A stretch of DNA of 64,000 bases from Malacoraja senta (lineage: Eukaryota), in assembly GCA_038087875.1 (NCBI GenBank), contig CM075996.1:4218001-4282000 (forward strand), written 5' to 3'. This document shows, one piece after another, positions 62,027 through 64,000 of the stretch. Both the position numbers and the translations under genes were made by a program. The notes beneath the pieces are model-generated. The model was given only the letters and a program-made list of their open reading frames with translations. It did not search any database and was not told where the DNA came from. Positions within the stretch are counted from its first letter, which is position 1. Each line of letters begins with the position of its first letter.

Positions 62027-62237
62027 AGGGCCTGTCCCACTTGGGCGTCATTTGCGCGCCACGCAGATGGCGCGCGACGATTTTGTACATCCCAAAATCC
62101 TGGGGAGCCACGCACGATCGCGCGTCACTGCCAACGTCACCACGCACCATGCACACGTAATGCGCACCATCACGTGCACGGCACGACATGACTCGTAAAT
62201 GATGTTGCGTAAATTACGCCCAAGTGGGACAGGCCCT
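62027..62237. mobile_element. Harbinger-type MITE, same family as 19581-19773 in opposite orientation
   Basis: TIR AGGGCCTGTCCCACTTGGGCGT; TTA TSD; interior aligns by eye to the reverse complement of the 19.6-kb copy. Confidence 0.85.
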
Positions 62238-62796
62238 TTAAACATCATCCATTCTAACCCAAAGACACAACCACAACTTGCCATTATGTTAACAACAGTG
62301 AAAAGTGTTTTACCTCAGTGTTTTTTATACCCAAAGTTAATACAAATCAAAGATATGATATGTGATCTAAGGCTTGGTCACAAATATACATTTTATAGAA
62401 TCAGTTTAGCTCCCCCTGCTTCCATTATTCCAATGATGGACCTGGGCAAGGCAGATGGGAACTACTGCTTAGAGTCATACAGCCTGGAAACTGGCCCTTC
62501 GGCCCAACTCGTCCATGCCGATCAAGGTGCCCCGTCTAGGCTTGCCCCATTTGCCTGCAATTGGCCTAGCCTTTCCTATACCATGTACCTGTCCAAATGT
62601 CTTTTAAATATCAGATACGTAGAGACAGGAGGGATATGGATTAAGTGCAGGCAGATAAGAATTGGTCTTGGCATCATATTTGGCATGACATTGCGAGCCA
62701 AGGGGCCTGTTCCTGTGCAGTACTTAATGCCAAGTGCATGCTTTTAATTGATGCAAAAGACCTTCGAAATAGAGGCAGGGAGCAAGCACAACTCAC

Positions 62797-62934
62797 AATT
62801 TCTTCACGAATGGAATAGTCGGCCGTTTCCAGGTAGCTTAACATTTCAGCCACAATCTGCGGTGCGTTTGTTCGGTCACACATGGCGTACAGAAGGTCTG
62901 CGGCTCGCTGGCGCACACTCACATCCCGCTCGGT
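62797..62934 (-). CDS. AP2A1: AP-2 complex subunit alpha-1 coding exon, 138 nt
   Basis: ag|ACC..ATT|gtgagt. [46 protein letters not shown] (alpha-adaptin trunk). Confidence 0.95.
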
Positions 62935-64000
62935 CTATTCAACACAGAAAAAGAACTCGATGAGCAAACAAATGCATCTCGACATATCTGCGTGGGTGGC
63001 TTTGTGCTCTGGAAGGCCTTTACGTAAAATTATAGTACGTGGAACACGCAAAGATAGAAAATTATGATGCCATATAATAAAATGGTGGACGAGGAGAATT
63101 TATTCAAACCTCTGCACATAAGCATTAGTATTAAGTGATCACATCCTTCCTTTTGCTGTGGTTCCAAGGAGGCAGGAAACTCTTCAAAGCCGCGCCTAAA
63201 ACCGCAATGCTTCAGTTTTGTGAGCCTAGACACTCAGTTACTGAGCCACGTGTGCTAACACCTAAGTGCGACCTGACTTCACCAGGCATCTATCACATGC
63301 ATAATCGAGAATGGCAATTACGAGCAGATATCGGTACCAACTGCAGATGCTAGTTTACAAAAAAAGAAAAAAAGTGCTGTAGTAACTCAGCAAGTCAGGC
63401 AGCATCTTTGGAAGACATGGACAGGTGACGTTTCGGGTGGGGACCCTTCTTTAGTTGTGAAGCTTCAAACTCCATTACATTCTCCAAATGTGTCAGGGCA
63501 ATCTCACCCAGTCGCAAACTGATTTGAATCAGTTTCGGGTCGAGACCCTTCTTCAGACTAGATGTAAAAGATGTTTCAAAGCTGCCACAGCCAGACATAA
63601 AAACAGTTTTATCCACGAGTAGTTGCTCTACTCAACAGCCAAAAATCTGTAGCCTCCCTTTGATCTGGTATTTTGTTGGTTCACATGCTTGATCAATGGT
63701 GTTTTATCATTAATATCTTATTATTATTATTATTATTATTAATGTTTAGTGTTTTCTGAGTCATTCGTAACTGTCACTGTATGTCATGTCGTTACTTGTG
63801 GGCGGAGCACCAAGGCAAATTCCTTGTATGTGAATACTTGGCCAATAAACTTACTTACTCACTTTCTTTTATGGGGGTTGCAAAGCTAGGGACTACAAAT
63901 ACAAGATGTAGACTCGGGAAACTGCAGATTCTAGTTTACAAGAACAAAAAGACAAAGTGCTGGAGTAACTCAGTGGGTCAAGCTGCATCTCTGGAGAACA

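Noticed and set aside
31274..62934. Assignment to AP2A2 or to a pseudogene
   Set aside because: AP2A1-type hinge exons and the convergent FUZ neighbour favour AP2A1. The only lesion sits beside an assembly gap.

Overview
Eukaryotic, repeat-rich vertebrate DNA. The repeat repertoire (HE1-like V-SINEs, HER1/CR1 LINEs) points to a cartilaginous fish, probably a skate or ray (inference). Two spliced host genes converge tail-to-tail, as AP2A1 and FUZ do in human. The last five coding exons of FUZ lie on + (1864-16478). The 3' two-thirds of AP2A1 lies on - (62934-31274), with both AP2A1-type hinge exons and a U12 AT-AC intron; two exons are missing, probably in a 200-N gap. A FUZ intron holds a full-length Tx1-clade retrotransposon with two intact ORFs, nested in a PIF/Harbinger-type element with ~60-bp TIRs and a TTA TSD. 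The most unusual signal is a ~140-bp retroposon present twice in AP2A1 introns. Its first 54 nt fold into a complete minimal HDV-like ribozyme and it ends in a (GAA)n tail; a Vingi/Ingi-like LINE 3' fragment with the same tail lies nearby. Many Penelope-derived short or palindromic inserts carry minimal hammerhead-like cores. All calls were made by eye, without database searches, and repeat boundaries are approximate.
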